Positions 10,135 through 21,893 are shown, counted from the first letter of the stretch. The stretch is 64,000 nucleotides of DNA from Candidatus Bathyarchaeota archaeon (GCA_963811105.1 CAWEPZ010000003.1:1-64000), one strand, 5' to 3'. Numbers and translations are program-made. Notes: generated from the letters alone by a model not told the origin.

Positions 10135-10464
10135 TTTTAGATCTTCATATTTATCGGATTTCGTTTAATAGGCCTCTTCCAAAGATGTAATTTTAGCAGT
10201 GTCTCATCGTAATAGACACCTATTCTTCTCAGCGTTTTGCGCTAATAAGCGTTGCTACAATCAAGCAATATTGCTGAGTTTAAGCAATGGCATTCACTTG
10301 CTTGCTAAAAAGCACAGTTCTCGCAGACTATTGCATCATCAGGATTATCATGTCCACATGATTTGCAAGACCACAAAAGGACCACCATTACAGCAGTTAT
10401 TTGATTGAGTAGTTTAATACATTTTTCGAAAGTACGCTGGCTTGCAAAATCAATTAATTTAGTT

Positions 10465-11391
10465 TCAAAGACTTATTTTGTTTTCAAGCATTTTGTCACA
10501 GAAACTAATAGTAGGTCCAACAAAGCTATGGTTGAGGACTTCAGGATTTATAACTATGCTTGATTTATTTTCTTTAATTTTTTCAAAAACATTTTTCCAA
10601 GGAATTTCATCGTTTTCTTTGGGAATCTGATGCGGCAAATCTCCAAAGCCATGTATGTGATATGCCTTTAAAGCTTCAGACGGAATTTTCATAAGATCCT
10701 GTTTAAAACTATCAACAATAGCTTCCGATGAAACCTCTCTGTGCTTCTTTCTTAAGTCGGCTTTGTTTTGGGTGAACAAGGTTTTGAAGTCAAGCACAAT
10801 GCCTATGTTGCCAATTAATTCTTTATTATAATCAACCAAGAATCCCCAAAAATCCCTAATTTCTCGTCCGTTTGAAATCTGTTTGTAGGTTCTATTTTCT
10901 AATAGAATTAGAGGCTTAATTTTTGAAGTCTGTTGAAAAGCATCCAAAATGGTGATTATTCCTGCAACAATGCATCCGAAAGGGTTTTTCAGTCCTGCAC
11001 TCGGGTGAATTTCAATTATGCTCGGTTCCACTTCAAAATAATTGGAAATATTGATTATCATTTCCGCAAATTGTTTTCTCCAGGTTGCTTTGTCCCAATC
11101 TAATTTGTGATTAGGTTCAAGTTCGGGGTCAGTGTGAAGGATGTATCTCAATTCAGATGGGAAAATAGTGTCTTTCTGATATAACTTCTCAATTGCCTCT
11201 TCTGTAAGTATGGCTCCGTCTTTTAGCGAGGAAACTGATTCATTTTTCTTAAGAAAATTGCCGGGCACTTCTATGTACTTGCACGAAAATTCTTTTGCCG
11301 CGTCCCAGCGTTCTCTTAATCCTCCTCTGGGAGGTTCAGTTTTTGCTCTTTTTCTACTAACGTTTGGATATACGTAATTAGTATTTTGCAT
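10465..11391 (-). CDS. TIM-barrel metal-dependent protein (AP endonuclease 2/xylose isomerase-like)
   Basis: IEIHP, LLENR, IVLDF, YHIHG, HQIP and NPEV motifs. Confidence 0.65.
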   Translation of the reverse strand: MQNTNYVYPNVSRKRAKTEPPRGGLRERWDAAKEFSCKYIEVPGNFLKKNESVSSLKDGAILTEEAIEKLYQKDTIFPSELRYILHTDPELEPNHKLDWDKATWRKQFAEMIINISNYFEVEPSIIEIHPSAGLKNPFGCIVAGIITILDAFQQTSKIKPLILLENRTYKQISNGREIRDFWGFLVDYNKELIGNIGIVLDFKTLFTQNKADLRKKHREVSSEAIVDSFKQDLMKIPSEALKAYHIHGFGDLPHQIPKENDEIPWKNVFEKIKENKSSIVINPEVLNHSFVGPTISFCDKMLENKISL

Positions 11392-11832
11392 CCAAGTCTT
11401 GTCCTTTTATTGTCCCTACATTAGTTCGTCAAATATGCTGTCGGATTCTTCTGTTAAATGATCATCGCAGAATTTACATCACACACCCTTATAGTTCTCC
11501 CGTCCTGCTCACGGCAAGTATTTATAATAAATCAGTCTTAATCCCTATCGATGCGTTTGAATTTGCCAGACTGGCGATTAACAAAGAGCGAAAGTGTAAT
11601 AGGCTAAAAGAGTTATTGGAACTATTGGGTTTCAAGTATTGCCACTTATATCTTGAAACTGGTGAGGGAGACCTATAAGTACCCCTTCAGATCATGAAGA
11701 ACATTTGCTTGAGCTGTATAATACTTCTCCGCTATACCGAATGTCTGAATTAGTATTTTAGAGAATTTAATGCTAAAAGGTTTTATAAATTGTCAGCTGC
11801 AATGTTATTTCTGATTACCTGCTGGTGCTTTA

Positions 11833-12633
11833 ATGGGTAAATGTCCAAATTGTGGTGCATCATACTTGCTCTCTGCTCCATCTGAAAAATGTGATTGGTG
11901 TGGAAAAGTTGCATGCAAAAAGTGTATGCCTGAGTTGTTTAGTAGGCTTTCCGTCAAAAGCACGATGGAAACTGAAGAAAAAGAGGCTGAATATCAATTA
12001 GTGAGTTTCTGTTCTGAGTTTTGCAGCGAAAGTTTTTGGCAAATCGTCATGGATTTTCCATTGGCAGACATTGGAACTGACATCCATGAGTTTGGTGAGA
12101 ATCTTCGAAGCCTGTTTTATTCTGCAGTTCTAAATGCATTAAATAGTGACATTAGTCAAAAGGCAATAAAATTGGTTAATTGGGCTATTGCAAACGATAC
12201 AAAGGACTATCGTGCCATGCTCGTTGATTTGGGTGACAATGGTTTGCTTGGTTCCGAATGTGGCTACGATATTAGTGATTTCGTTAAGCGTGGGTATTCT
12301 GCTCTTGCTTTTAATCTTGAAAAATGTGGTAGACCTCTGGATGCTGCTAAAATCTACGAGGAACAACTGAAAATGTATGAAAAAGCCAAATCGCTTAGAG
12401 AAAAAGATAGACAGATGATAGTAAAGCGAACGGAGGTTTCCTTTAACCTTAATGAGTTGCTCAAACAGATTAAGGATGGTGGAATAGTTGCAGTTTACCG
12501 CTGTCCAAACTGCAATGGAACATTAAAGATTAACAATAAGACATCTTTGAAATCATTAAAAACCTGTGAGCATTGTGGTTCAGAAATTGAGACTGTTGAC
12601 TTGGCTGATTTCCTCAAAACAGCATTATCATAA
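11833..12633 (+). CDS. Multi zinc-finger protein
   Basis: N-terminal CPNC/CDWC/CKKC/CSEFC and C-terminal CPNC..CEHC ribbon. Confidence 0.75.
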   Translation: MGKCPNCGASYLLSAPSEKCDWCGKVACKKCMPELFSRLSVKSTMETEEKEAEYQLVSFCSEFCSESFWQIVMDFPLADIGTDIHEFGENLRSLFYSAVLNALNSDISQKAIKLVNWAIANDTKDYRAMLVDLGDNGLLGSECGYDISDFVKRGYSALAFNLEKCGRPLDAAKIYEEQLKMYEKAKSLREKDRQMIVKRTEVSFNLNELLKQIKDGGIVAVYRCPNCNGTLKINNKTSLKSLKTCEHCGSEIETVDLADFLKTALS

Positions 12634-13015
12634 AGTTAGAATTAGAAAACAGTTGGTAAAGTTACAGAACGACATACTTTTAATCCAAAGTTTATTCTAT
12701 GCTAAGCGATAAACAATGCAGATTCCTGAACTTCCATCCACTAAAGCAGTTTCCTCACTTCTTCTTAGAACTGTTTGGAAGAAAATTTCGGATAAGCCAT
12801 TTCCTGAAGTAAGCGCATTCACTTCAATGATGAAGATTTCTTGTTGATCTTGAGTTTGTAGCAGAAGAATCCTGATGTGAAAGGCACAAAAGTTAAGGAG
12901 TATGGATTTAATTTTGATAACAATTTATTGAATCTTGCGTTTTTAGATTTCATCTTTCCCTATAATTGATTGTTTAAGCATGAGCTAAGACACATTGATT
13001 CTGGAGACATTTCCT

Positions 13016-13216
13016 TTAAGGATACAGAAGTTTTCCACCGCACATAGGACATTCAACTGGATACTTATTTTGGCTACACATTAGTTGATATGAGCATAGA
13101 AAGCAGAGGTAGATTTGGCATTTAGGACAATACTTGAAGCCACCACCAATCATTTTGCCACAAGCATCACAAGGTCTCGATAAATCAACCATAGAAACCG
13201 AATAGTCTTCAATCAC
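13016..13216 (-). CDS. Small RING-like zinc-finger protein
   Basis: Four CxxC pairs in 66 aa. Confidence 0.65.
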   Translation of the reverse strand: MIEDYSVSMVDLSRPCDACGKMIGGGFKYCPKCQIYLCFLCSYQLMCSQNKYPVECPMCGGKLLYP

Positions 13217-13331
13217 TTCTTAAAGCAAATGATGAAGCTACATAATACGATAGTAGAGAGAGCACTGAAAGTGATTATAACGCATAACCGTCAATCATAA
13301 ATATTCAAAACATCGTAAGTACGCTATAACT

Positions 13332-13610
13332 ATGTTGAACCACTACTCAGAACAATCTGAAAACCAACAAAACTGGAATGTAACACAGCGAAAGTCAGGT
13401 CCTTTCGTTCCAATTGTTATTTCCATAGTAGGTATTCTTGCTTGGCTCATATTCATCCTGTTCTTTGCTTTGTTTTGGTCAAACAACTATAATCTATTTC
13501 AAGACATCGTTGTCTTCATAGCTACTTTATGCATAACTGCACTTGTGTTAGGCTTAATGTGGCTAATATGGGGAAGAAACAAAATTCACAGATGGACTTA
13601 CAGATACTGA
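13332..13610 (+). CDS. Two-TM membrane protein
   Basis: Two hydrophobic segments. Confidence 0.7.
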   Translation: MLNHYSEQSENQQNWNVTQRKSGPFVPIVISIVGILAWLIFILFFALFWSNNYNLFQDIVVFIATLCITALVLGLMWLIWGRNKIHRWTYRY

Positions 13611-13663
13611 CTTTTTTGTAATGGTTTTCTCTGAAAAATTGAGAAAGGCGCCTAAAAACGCGC

Positions 13664-14458
13664 CTAGACCGTTGTGCGTACGTCATAGCTGACTATTGCT
13701 ATTTCTCCATTGTTGATCGCTTGGTTAACTGCGTCATGGGCAACCAAGAAGTAACGTTGTGTGCCGGCGCTGTCAATTTGTGTAATTCCTATGCCGACTT
13801 CTCTAATTGTTATGGTTCCGCCGCTGCCATTCACAAGCACTCGGGCGATTACTGTGTCAACGTTTGAGCCGACAACTCCAGAGGAACCCACTGCTGTGGC
13901 TTGATATTGCAGTTGATTTGCGGCTGAACCTTGAGCAGTTAAAGTCTGCATCACATAATCAAGCGATGCAGGCGCCGTTGTTCCGGTCCCCACTAATATG
14001 CCATAGGTCGTAGTTGCTGCAGGCGCATTAGTCGCCGACTCATTACCCCACGTGAAACTTGCAGTCGCATAGCCTAGCTGTCGCAGAGTGTTCCCTGTGT
14101 CTCTAACGCACGATGAATTGGCAACTGGGTTTGAGCTTCCGTTAAGCCATGTTCGTGACATTGCAAAGTCAATTACGCATTGAGAGAACTGCAGAACAAA
14201 ACTGTGGCTTTTCATTTCGCCTGTTGTGCGGTCAAGTTTTCCATGAGATTTTAGGAATGCAATTTGCTCTTTGCCATCAGCAATCGATACGAGTTTCTCT
14301 AGGTTAATTGCGCTTAACTGGTAGATGTCAATTTTCTGCAACAATTGAATGGTTGAGGTTCTCTGGGTTGTTTTATCTTTGATTTTTTGCCCTAACGTCC
14401 AGACGTTGAGGCCGCGGATTGAAGGCATAATGTTGCCAATGTTTGGTAAAGTTTTCAT
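13664..14458 (-). CDS. Minor tail/tail-fibre-associated protein
   Basis: ILVGTGTTAPASLDY...TITIREVGI...LVAHD pattern; last gene of tail operon; likely start MKTLPN. Confidence 0.6.
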   Translation of the reverse strand: MKTLPNIGNIMPSIRGLNVWTLGQKIKDKTTQRTSTIQLLQKIDIYQLSAINLEKLVSIADGKEQIAFLKSHGKLDRTTGEMKSHSFVLQFSQCVIDFAMSRTWLNGSSNPVANSSCVRDTGNTLRQLGYATASFTWGNESATNAPAATTTYGILVGTGTTAPASLDYVMQTLTAQGSAANQLQYQATAVGSSGVVGSNVDTVIARVLVNGSGGTITIREVGIGITQIDSAGTQRYFLVAHDAVNQAINNGEIAIVSYDVRTTV

Positions 14459-14478
14459 TTTTATTCTTGTCACCCCCG

Positions 14479-17044
14479 TTAATTCGCGACTATCTGATGA
14501 ACAATCAAGTGATAGGTTCCGTTGGTTTGTGCAGCGACGGTGTATGATGAGATGTTGCCGCCTACAATTGACCCGTCTAGTGTCCAAACGCTATGATGTG
14601 AGCCGTCTGGATTTGAACTTCGACTGTAAACCTTGAAGCTGCCCGATGAAACAGCATAATAGGCGTCTGTAGTTGTGCCGGCGCCTGAGCAGCCCCAGCC
14701 GAAAACAGACTGAACGATAAGTTGATGCAGGGTGTTGTTGGTTTGTGCTGGAACAGTGTAAGATGCAACGCCTGAAGAATCAGTTGTTCCAACAGACGCT
14801 CCGCCGTCAAGTTTGAAGGGCGAAACATGAGTAACGTAACCTAATGCGGCTTGTTGAGCGTTTGGTGTTGCAGTTACAGCACAAGTTGCTCCTGGAGCTA
14901 ATACTTGCCATCCTACTGGACTCATAGTAAATGTCGGCGAATAAGATACATCAAGAAGCCATTTAACTGAAGAAGCCACTGCTGAAACTACTGTTGCAAG
15001 CGCTGAAAGTACTAGGGCTGATAGAATGGGTGTTGCTACATAGGTTGATATTGGAGCAAGAAGTGGCGTTAAAACATGAATGTCGCGTATGCCCATGATT
15101 TGAGCAATAACGGGTGTTCCAATGCCGATTGCTCCTGTAAACTCCGCAATTAATGCGTGAAATGAACCGTCGTCTTGAGCTGGAATAGTTACCGGGTTAT
15201 CCGTTGAATAGATCGCGCCGTCAAAGCGCCACTGCTTAAAAATTGCAACATTAATTTTGCTTGCTAAAACCTCTAATGATTCACCGGTGTTTTGATGTGA
15301 GGTACCACTTGGCGAAGTGGTTCCGTGTTGAGGGCTGGAAACGTCGATACTGCAATCCCATCCGCTTGCAGCGGCGCCTCCTCCGCCTACAACTCTAAAC
15401 AGGGGAAAAAAGTGGAGCTCAAGCACCTCCTGATCGAGCAGAGTGCGACTCCAAAACATCACCTCTGCCTCGATTCCCTTCAGAAACACGCCTATGTAGA
15501 CCTTGTTGGTTGAGCTGTGGATGTTGTCAGTTTGGGCGAAACTCTTGTGCAGATAGCCGTTGTAATACATTCTCACGTAGGCGCCGTCATACGTAATCAT
15601 GGCGTCTATTCGCCCGCCGACCTTGATCAATCCGGCATCTGAATCGTAAGCATGCACTACGTTTGAAGCATCGGTGAACTCAAAGGTCAAAACTCCGGTG
15701 CTGACCTTGTACATAGGGCGAATTGGCCATCTTTATGCAGGACAAACCGTTTGGTTGCGTCAGTTGCGGATGGGCTAAACCAACCCCCGACACTGAAATA
15801 TCCAACTCCTGCAGTAGCGTGAAAATCAATTCCTGCTACGCTTGGAGTGCCTAGGTCAACGTAGCTGCTGCCTCCGTTAAACTCCAGGTGCGTTAGGTGA
15901 GTTATGCTGCTTGTGCTCCAGGACCCATCATTAATGACTCCGTCTAGTGTAGTGTCATGAGGCGCTTTGTCCTTGGCAACTGTTCCTGTGCCCTCGTTCA
16001 AGTGGTATAGCCCGATTAGGCCTTGGAGGCTAACGCTCCAGGATGTACTTCCCGGAAGGTAAATGCCTTTGTTCTCCCAACTTTTTAGGTCAGCAATTTC
16101 CTTATCCAGGGTCTTTCTGACTTTTTCAACTTGGAAGTCGCAGCGGACCTTCTTTTTGGTCAACTGCAGAATCCGATAATTTCCGTTTAGCAGATACTTG
16201 GCATTGACTAGGGTGACTGAGTCGCCAACGTTTATGTCGGCGCCTTCATCATCAGACGTTACACTGGACGTCATAAGACAGCTTATTGGGGCTCCTGCAG
16301 GAATCCGTGCTCAGCTCCGCAAGTCTTCTTGCGGCTATGGCGTTTAATCCCGCCTCGTCTGTTGGCCGTGTTTCGTTTAGGACCTTGGTTTTTGTTCCAG
16401 TTCCAGCAACTCCTACAATGTGGTAACCTCCATAAACGTCAATGCCGCGGACCCGGACAATATCGACTTTTTTGCTGCGGTCAATTCCCCTAGTGCTGTA
16501 AAGCAGAGTTGTGGGTACCCAGAGATTTCCTGAGCCACGTACACCCCACTTGATCTCTGTTCCGTCATCACTCCAGAAATCGTTCCCGGTGGATTCCGCA
16601 ATAAACTTGATGGCGTCCAAACGATTCGCATTGTAGAAGACCGCAGTTATGGCTGTGGTCGGTTCGGTGTCGCCATCCGAGGTTAACCCGGTGCCGCTTA
16701 AGACGTCTGCAATAATCGTGTTTGCAGGAGTCAGATCCCAAACATGAGTGTAAGTATTAAATTGATCAAGCATTAAGGGCACTCTTTCATAGCATACGGC
16801 CTTTATGCGTTTTGGGCCTAGGTCACCGCCACAGAGGATCCCGGAGAACTGGAGCTTACTGTCAAACCAAATTTGGATCTGCAGATCCGCCTGAATCACG
16901 AGTAAGGTGAGCAGCTGTGTTTGCTAGCCAAAACGTTGCAACGCTATCGCCTGTTAGCTCTTGGCGAATTTGGTCGATTTCAGCGACTAGGGGAACCCAA
17001 AAATGAGTGTCAGTATTGTACCACTTGATTTCCCACTTAGCCAT
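14479..17044 (-). pseudogene. Tail-tip hub / receptor-binding protein with LamG and beta-repeat domains (3 or more frameshifts)
   Basis: Overlapping ORFs 16862-17044, 16252-16899, 15687-16274 and 14479-15714; LIGLYHLNEGTGT and ITYDGAYVRMYYNG LamG motifs. Confidence 0.7.
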
Positions 17045-17410
17045 AAACTATGTTTTCGCTCCCCTTCACCAGATGACATGTTGTAGTCCCAATTCGGGTA
17101 CGGGTTATCTCGTGAAGCTTCAAACGAATCTAGAAGCCAGTTGCCGTCGATCATGCCGTCTGTTGTGGTTATTGCAACCTGTGTACCAACTAGAGCCGTA
17201 GAGAGGAGTGATGTAGGTGCTGACAATCTGGGCAGCGGTTAAGGCTTCATTGGCTATGGTGCCTTTCAGCGTCACTGTTGATTTGGTGCCTGTTACGATG
17301 TTGACGGGTTCTCCTGCGTCAGGCTTAACCTGTTCCTTATCGGCTGATTTGGGCATGCGAACAGAAGAAGGAGCAAACGGCAGAGTGACCGTTCCAATTA
17401 CCCAGGTCAT
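17040..17410 (-). pseudogene. Putative distal tail protein (frameshifted)
   Basis: MTWVIGTVTLPFAPSS...TVTLKGTI continues as GTQVAITTTDGMIDGNWLLDSFE; located after tape measure. Confidence 0.55.
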
Positions 17411-17703
17411 GGTTTAGTTTCTCCTGGTTCTTTTCGCGTAATTGGTACAGCTGCTTTATGCTGTTTACGTTCTCTCGGAACTCTGAAATCGTATTTAGGA
17501 ACAAAGTAGAGCCATAGCCCACCTGTGCCTCTGCGATATGCCACCCAATCGTTAACTGCGTAAGGCTCAAAGTTTTTAGCGTCTTTCAGGGCCTCAGTTA
17601 TGGCTTGGAACTCTGGTTCTTGTTGGGCATCGTCAAAGCGGATATACCGGGCGTTGAAATCAAAGCGGCTGTTTCGTAATTGTGGATGCAGAATAATGCT
17701 CAT
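17407..17703 (-). CDS. Hypothetical viral protein
   Basis: 98-aa ORF in tail operon. Confidence 0.55.
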   Translation of the reverse strand: MSIILHPQLRNSRFDFNARYIRFDDAQQEPEFQAITEALKDAKNFEPYAVNDWVAYRRGTGGLWLYFVPKYDFRVPRERKQHKAAVPITRKEPGETKP

Positions 17704-17766
17704 TTTTGCTTTCGAGTTCGTTGCATCTTTTCAGTAATTGTTCGTTTGTCTCCTGTTCCGTTACAC

Positions 17767-19113
17767 TCATTGCCCAATTCTCCTGTAGAGTGCATCGCTT
17801 AGGCGGTTACTGGTTTCGTCAGCCGCCTTGTCCAAGAAACTTGCATCAGCTATGTCGCCGTAAAAGTGCATGCCGCCTAGGTCAATGTTGACGACTTGAG
17901 CTGGCGAATTATTGCCTGCAGCAGCCTGATCCTTGCTCCGCTGCGCTTCATACTGGGTAAGAGGCATGTAGATTTCAGGTCCAGCCTCGCCAGCGTAAAC
18001 CAGCGTTTTCTTTGTAAGGACCCCACCTTCGGCTAATCCGAGAGCGTTCCCGTAGCCTGAAAGATTTGCAACCATGGCGCCAACCGCTAAGCCTGCAGCA
18101 ACCAAGGCGACTGTTGCGACTCCAAGAGTGATGCCTTCCTGGAGCATCCAGACAGCCGCGGCAGCCGCAATAATTGCTGGAACAACCGCCATGATCGCTC
18201 GGCCCACGGGACCTAGGGCGTCGCCGAATTGGCTGATAATAAGATATCCTAGTGCGAAGCCGCCTACGAAGGCTCCTACTCCGATCGCTGCAGTTGAAGC
18301 GGATATTCCAGTTGCAGCAATCTTGGTCGACATTGAGTAAGCAGACCTGTTATGTCGGGGATGTTGTTCCAAGCTCTGCTCAAACTGTCAACCATAGTTA
18401 TGGCCGTGGGGATAACCATTAACGCAGTTGACATCATAGTCTTGTTGACGTTGTTTTCCGCTTCATCCTGCCGCTCAGTGATAAGCTGAAGTCTGTCTCG
18501 AGCGATGCTTAGGGCTTCTTCAGCTTTTTTCGCTTCGTCACTTGCAGGGCCATGATCCTGCACGGCTTTGGTGAGGCTGAGTTCTGCATCCTCAACTGCT
18601 TTGTTGCTTGTCTTCACCATCAGGTTCGCTCGATCCAGCGAAATCTCACTCATGGTTCACTCGATCATAAGCATTGTAGAGACCGAATGATGCCGTAGCC
18701 ACACCGGACATGCCTAGGGCAAACTGCTTTGTTGAAGCCGTGCTTTCTTGGACTGTTTGCCCCATGTTACCCTGCGCAACAGTAACGCCGTCTTGGGCAG
18801 CGTTAAGATTCCTTAGAGCTGCTGCAGCTTCAGTGCTGCTAGCCCCGTATTCTTTGATAGCCGAGTTTAAGCTATCTTGGGCGCCCTTGAGTGTTGTTTG
18901 GGCTTGCTGCAGTTGCAAAGAGGCCTCAGTGTTCTGCAGTTCCAAGGCTTCGGCTTCGGTTAACGGACCTGACGAGGCTGTCACTGCATTGTTGACTTCT
19001 CCTTGAACCGCTGCCACATTGTCCAGGCTGCTGCTCATTTTTTCGCTTGCGGCAGCTACGGCCGAGCTTGCCTGATCATCCGCAATTATTGAGATTTTAA
19101 TTTCTGAGGACAT
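17767..19113 (-). pseudogene. Tape measure protein (~450 aa, two frameshifts)
   Basis: EIKISIIADDQAS start, Ala-rich helices, C-terminal LAEGGVL...AGEAGPE motif across three ORFs. Confidence 0.85.
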
Positions 19114-19128
19114 CTCATTTCGCCTTAT

Positions 19129-19724
19129 TCATCGATTTTTCTTATTATTCTGTAGCGCCCACTCCACCAGATATCGGTACTGAAGCACTGTTAGGTCCCT
19201 GAGTGTTTCAAACGTGTACTGTTGGAAGTTGTGCAGCACTAATCCTATTTCTTGGCCGTCTCTGTTGTAGCGGATCCACTCGGGGAGGCGTTCGGTAAAA
19301 AATCGGGTGTTCCCAGCAAGAACTCGAGCAGTGCGGTTCCCTCAACGATTGGAAACTGCTTGAAGAATCCGCCAATGGTTTCAGGAGTGAACTCTGGCAT
19401 GTCGGGATAAGCTTTTTTCAGTGCGATGTAGATGGCCATGGCTGTTTTGTCGCTTTTACTTTTGCACTGTGCTGTTAGTTCGGAGTCCGCTAGGGTTAAT
19501 TCGCCAAACTTGATGAAGCCCAGAACCGGATGGTTGTACTCATGGATCTCTGTTGACCTCGCAAGCAATGCTGTTGGGTTGAAGAGCTTAACTGCCGCAT
19601 CGATTGAGGCTTCATGTTTCTCGGCTTGTTTCTCGAATTGTTCCATACGCTTTAGGTTCTCAGGAGTGTCAAGCTGACTCGATAGGTGAGGGCTTAACCT
19701 CTACCTCTTCAGGGTTGTTAGCCA
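19129..19724 (-). CDS. Tail assembly chaperone (G ends 19245; -1 frameshift GT product ends 19129)
   Basis: Between tail tube and tape measure genes; slippery GAT TTT TTA at 19296-19302; open -1 frame. Confidence 0.75.
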
Positions 19725-20134
19725 CTTACGTCACCTAGGCTGGTTTGGGAATGTAACGCCAGTTGCTTCGCCGCTTACGGACTTCGAGTATGCCGTCAGT
19801 TTCGCCGCCTTTCCGCTCCACGTGGAGAACTTTGCAATCAGTCCATGTCTCCCACTTGGTTGTGCCCAAAGGTGAACCTGCAGGAGCAAAAATCAAGTCA
19901 AAGGCTGTACCTGTCCTGCAGTAATACTATCCATGTTTTGTCGGTGTAGAGCCGCTCCATACTCCATTTGAAAGTTTGTTTTCCAGCAGCTACAATCTCA
20001 GGTGTCAATTTGTCATTGCTGTAGATTTTTATGCTCTCAGCGTCCGCTGAAACTGACATGTTTCTGCCCAAGCCAATTGCTACGCCAGCTTTCAGCAACC
20101 GGGCATCTCTGCCCACATATGCGCTTGTTACCAT
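19725..20134 (-). pseudogene. Major tail tube protein (frameshifted)
   Basis: MVTSAYVGRDARLL...MSVSADAE...GKQTFKWSMERLY continues as FDLIFAPAG...WTDCKV in other frames. Confidence 0.7.
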
Positions 20135-20155
20135 TTTGTTTTTTACCTCCATATT

Positions 20156-20650
20156 TTATTTTGCACTTACGCAGGCCTCCATCGGAGTTTGTGCGCAGTT
20201 ACCAAGATAATTGCAGAGAGCCTTCTCTCTGAAATCAGCCATGTACTTTTGGACCAGGGCATCGGGTAGAAAGTCGATATCCTCTTCCCATTGCACCTTG
20301 ATCAGATGCTTCAGGGTTGCTGGGTCCGCGTCCATAAGCTCGAGCAGCTGATTCGCCAAGAAAACAAGAGCCCAAACCAAGCGCGGTAATACCGATCAGC
20401 CTCGCAAAAGTTAGCGCCAAGTTTTGCTGCAACTGAAATGAGTCTTTCAAAGTTGCCGTCCGGGACCCCGAAAACGCCCTGATGAACCTCAATGAGGTAG
20501 ACTTTGTGCAGGATGGCCTGCAGGTCCATGATCATAACTGTCTGGGGAAAATGCGGTTCGGGAAACTTTAAGAAAACGGTCTAGGAAGCGAACTGGCAAG
20601 TTCACCATTAACTTTAGAAACCAGAGCTTGAACTCACGGTTCAATACCAT
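20156..20650 (-). pseudogene. Hypothetical viral protein split by several indels
   Basis: Chain of overlapping ORFs 20489-20737, 20311-20535 and 20156-20380. Confidence 0.5.
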
Positions 20651-21162
20651 AACTCCGCCTTGAACAGTATATCGCCGCCGTACAGGACCTTGTCTTGGAA
20701 CTTGATTTCTCCAGGAGCAAACGCCACCGGCAAACAATCCTTCACAGTTCCGCCTAACGTGCGATCAGCCATGATTGCATCAAAGGCATCACACATAACT
20801 GTGATGATGTCTACGAACCAGTCGTTTGGCTCATATTCACGAATGACGAGAACAACCGTGAAGTTCACAAAGACCCTCAGGAGACCATCCATTGAGCCAC
20901 TTACAATCGGGCAGGGCTCAGGGTTAATTACGGCCTTGGGCAGATTTCCAACTGAGAATTGTCCGCCCAAGATTACGGTCTTGATTGTTTTGACACCGGA
21001 TTCAAGTACTGCAGGGACCGCTGGGACCTCGGGTACATCGTCATGAGCAGGAACTTTTGGAATACCAGCCACTGGAGCAACATAATTGAGTGCGTGATAA
21101 ACGGCGTCAAAAACTGCCTTATACGCTGTATAGAAGGTCATGCGCCCATCAGCTCCCGCCAC
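20641..21162 (-). CDS. Tail terminator/completion protein
   Basis: AIMADRTLGGTV motif; located after gp10-like gene. Confidence 0.65.
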   Translation of the reverse strand: MAGADGRMTFYTAYKAVFDAVYHALNYVAPVAGIPKVPAHDDVPEVPAVPAVLESGVKTIKTVILGGQFSVGNLPKAVINPEPCPIVSGSMDGLLRVFVNFTVVLVIREYEPNDWFVDIITVMCDAFDAIMADRTLGGTVKDCLPVAFAPGEIKFQDKVLYGGDILFKAELWY

Positions 21163-21622
21163 ACGTCATTAAAGAGCCTTCAACTCTGCCTCTGGTCTCG
21201 TCCGCTGCGCGGTGCATGAACGGATTAGGCTTCGTTCCAGGATGATGAACTAGAGGAGTGAAAACTGTTTTGCCTCTAACCTGAAAAACTAAGACTCTGC
21301 CGTTTATGGGGCGGATCTCATGAGGCCTAGTGCCTTCCTCGACAAAACGGGCGTAAGAAGCGTTAGCGGAAACGGAGGCCTCGCCAACTCCGACCTCTTT
21401 GGTAACTGTGCTGGCTAGATATCCAGTTCTATGAGGTGCACCCCAAAAAGCGCTAGCCCAGGCAACGTCTGCCAGCCGCTCGACAAGTTTCTGCTTAAGC
21501 GGCCCACTAATCTTATTGGCCATGTCATTGAAGTCTAGACCGCTGGTTGAGATTTTTATCTCAATCACGCTAGTCTGATCCCACCTTGAAGGCGATTTCG
21601 CCTTCGTCTTGATTTTGAGCAT
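21149..21622 (-). CDS. HK97 gp10-like tail-completion protein
   Basis: APHRTGYLAS, YARFVEEGTRPH and HPGTKPNPFM motifs. Confidence 0.85.
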   Translation of the reverse strand: MLKIKTKAKSPSRWDQTSVIEIKISTSGLDFNDMANKISGPLKQKLVERLADVAWASAFWGAPHRTGYLASTVTKEVGVGEASVSANASYARFVEEGTRPHEIRPINGRVLVFQVRGKTVFTPLVHHPGTKPNPFMHRAADETRGRVEGSLMTCGGS

Positions 21623-21893
21623 AAAGGTTTAGGAAGCGTTGGGATTCGTTCCAGAATACCTCAGCTCCGACAGGATCACTGGTTCGCCTAAACATCCAGG
21701 CGGCAAGCCAAGCAGTAGCCTCCATGATCAGCTGAGGCACAGTACCGGGAACAGTCAAATTATTAACTTTCAAAAGCGCATCGATCATTGCACTGGCTGA
21801 TGTTATGCATCGGTCCGCAAGAGCATCTAACTCAGTGGTTATATCTGTTCGTAGGACTTCTTCTAAATCGCCAATATCGCAGTAGTCAGTCAA
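21570..21893 (-). CDS. Head-tail adaptor protein
   Basis: YCDIGDL...ASAMIDALL...VPQLIMEATAWLAA. Confidence 0.75.
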   Translation of the reverse strand: MTDYCDIGDLEEVLRTDITTELDALADRCITSASAMIDALLKVNNLTVPGTVPQLIMEATAWLAAWMFRRTSDPVGAEVFWNESQRFLNLYAQNQDEGEIAFKVGSD

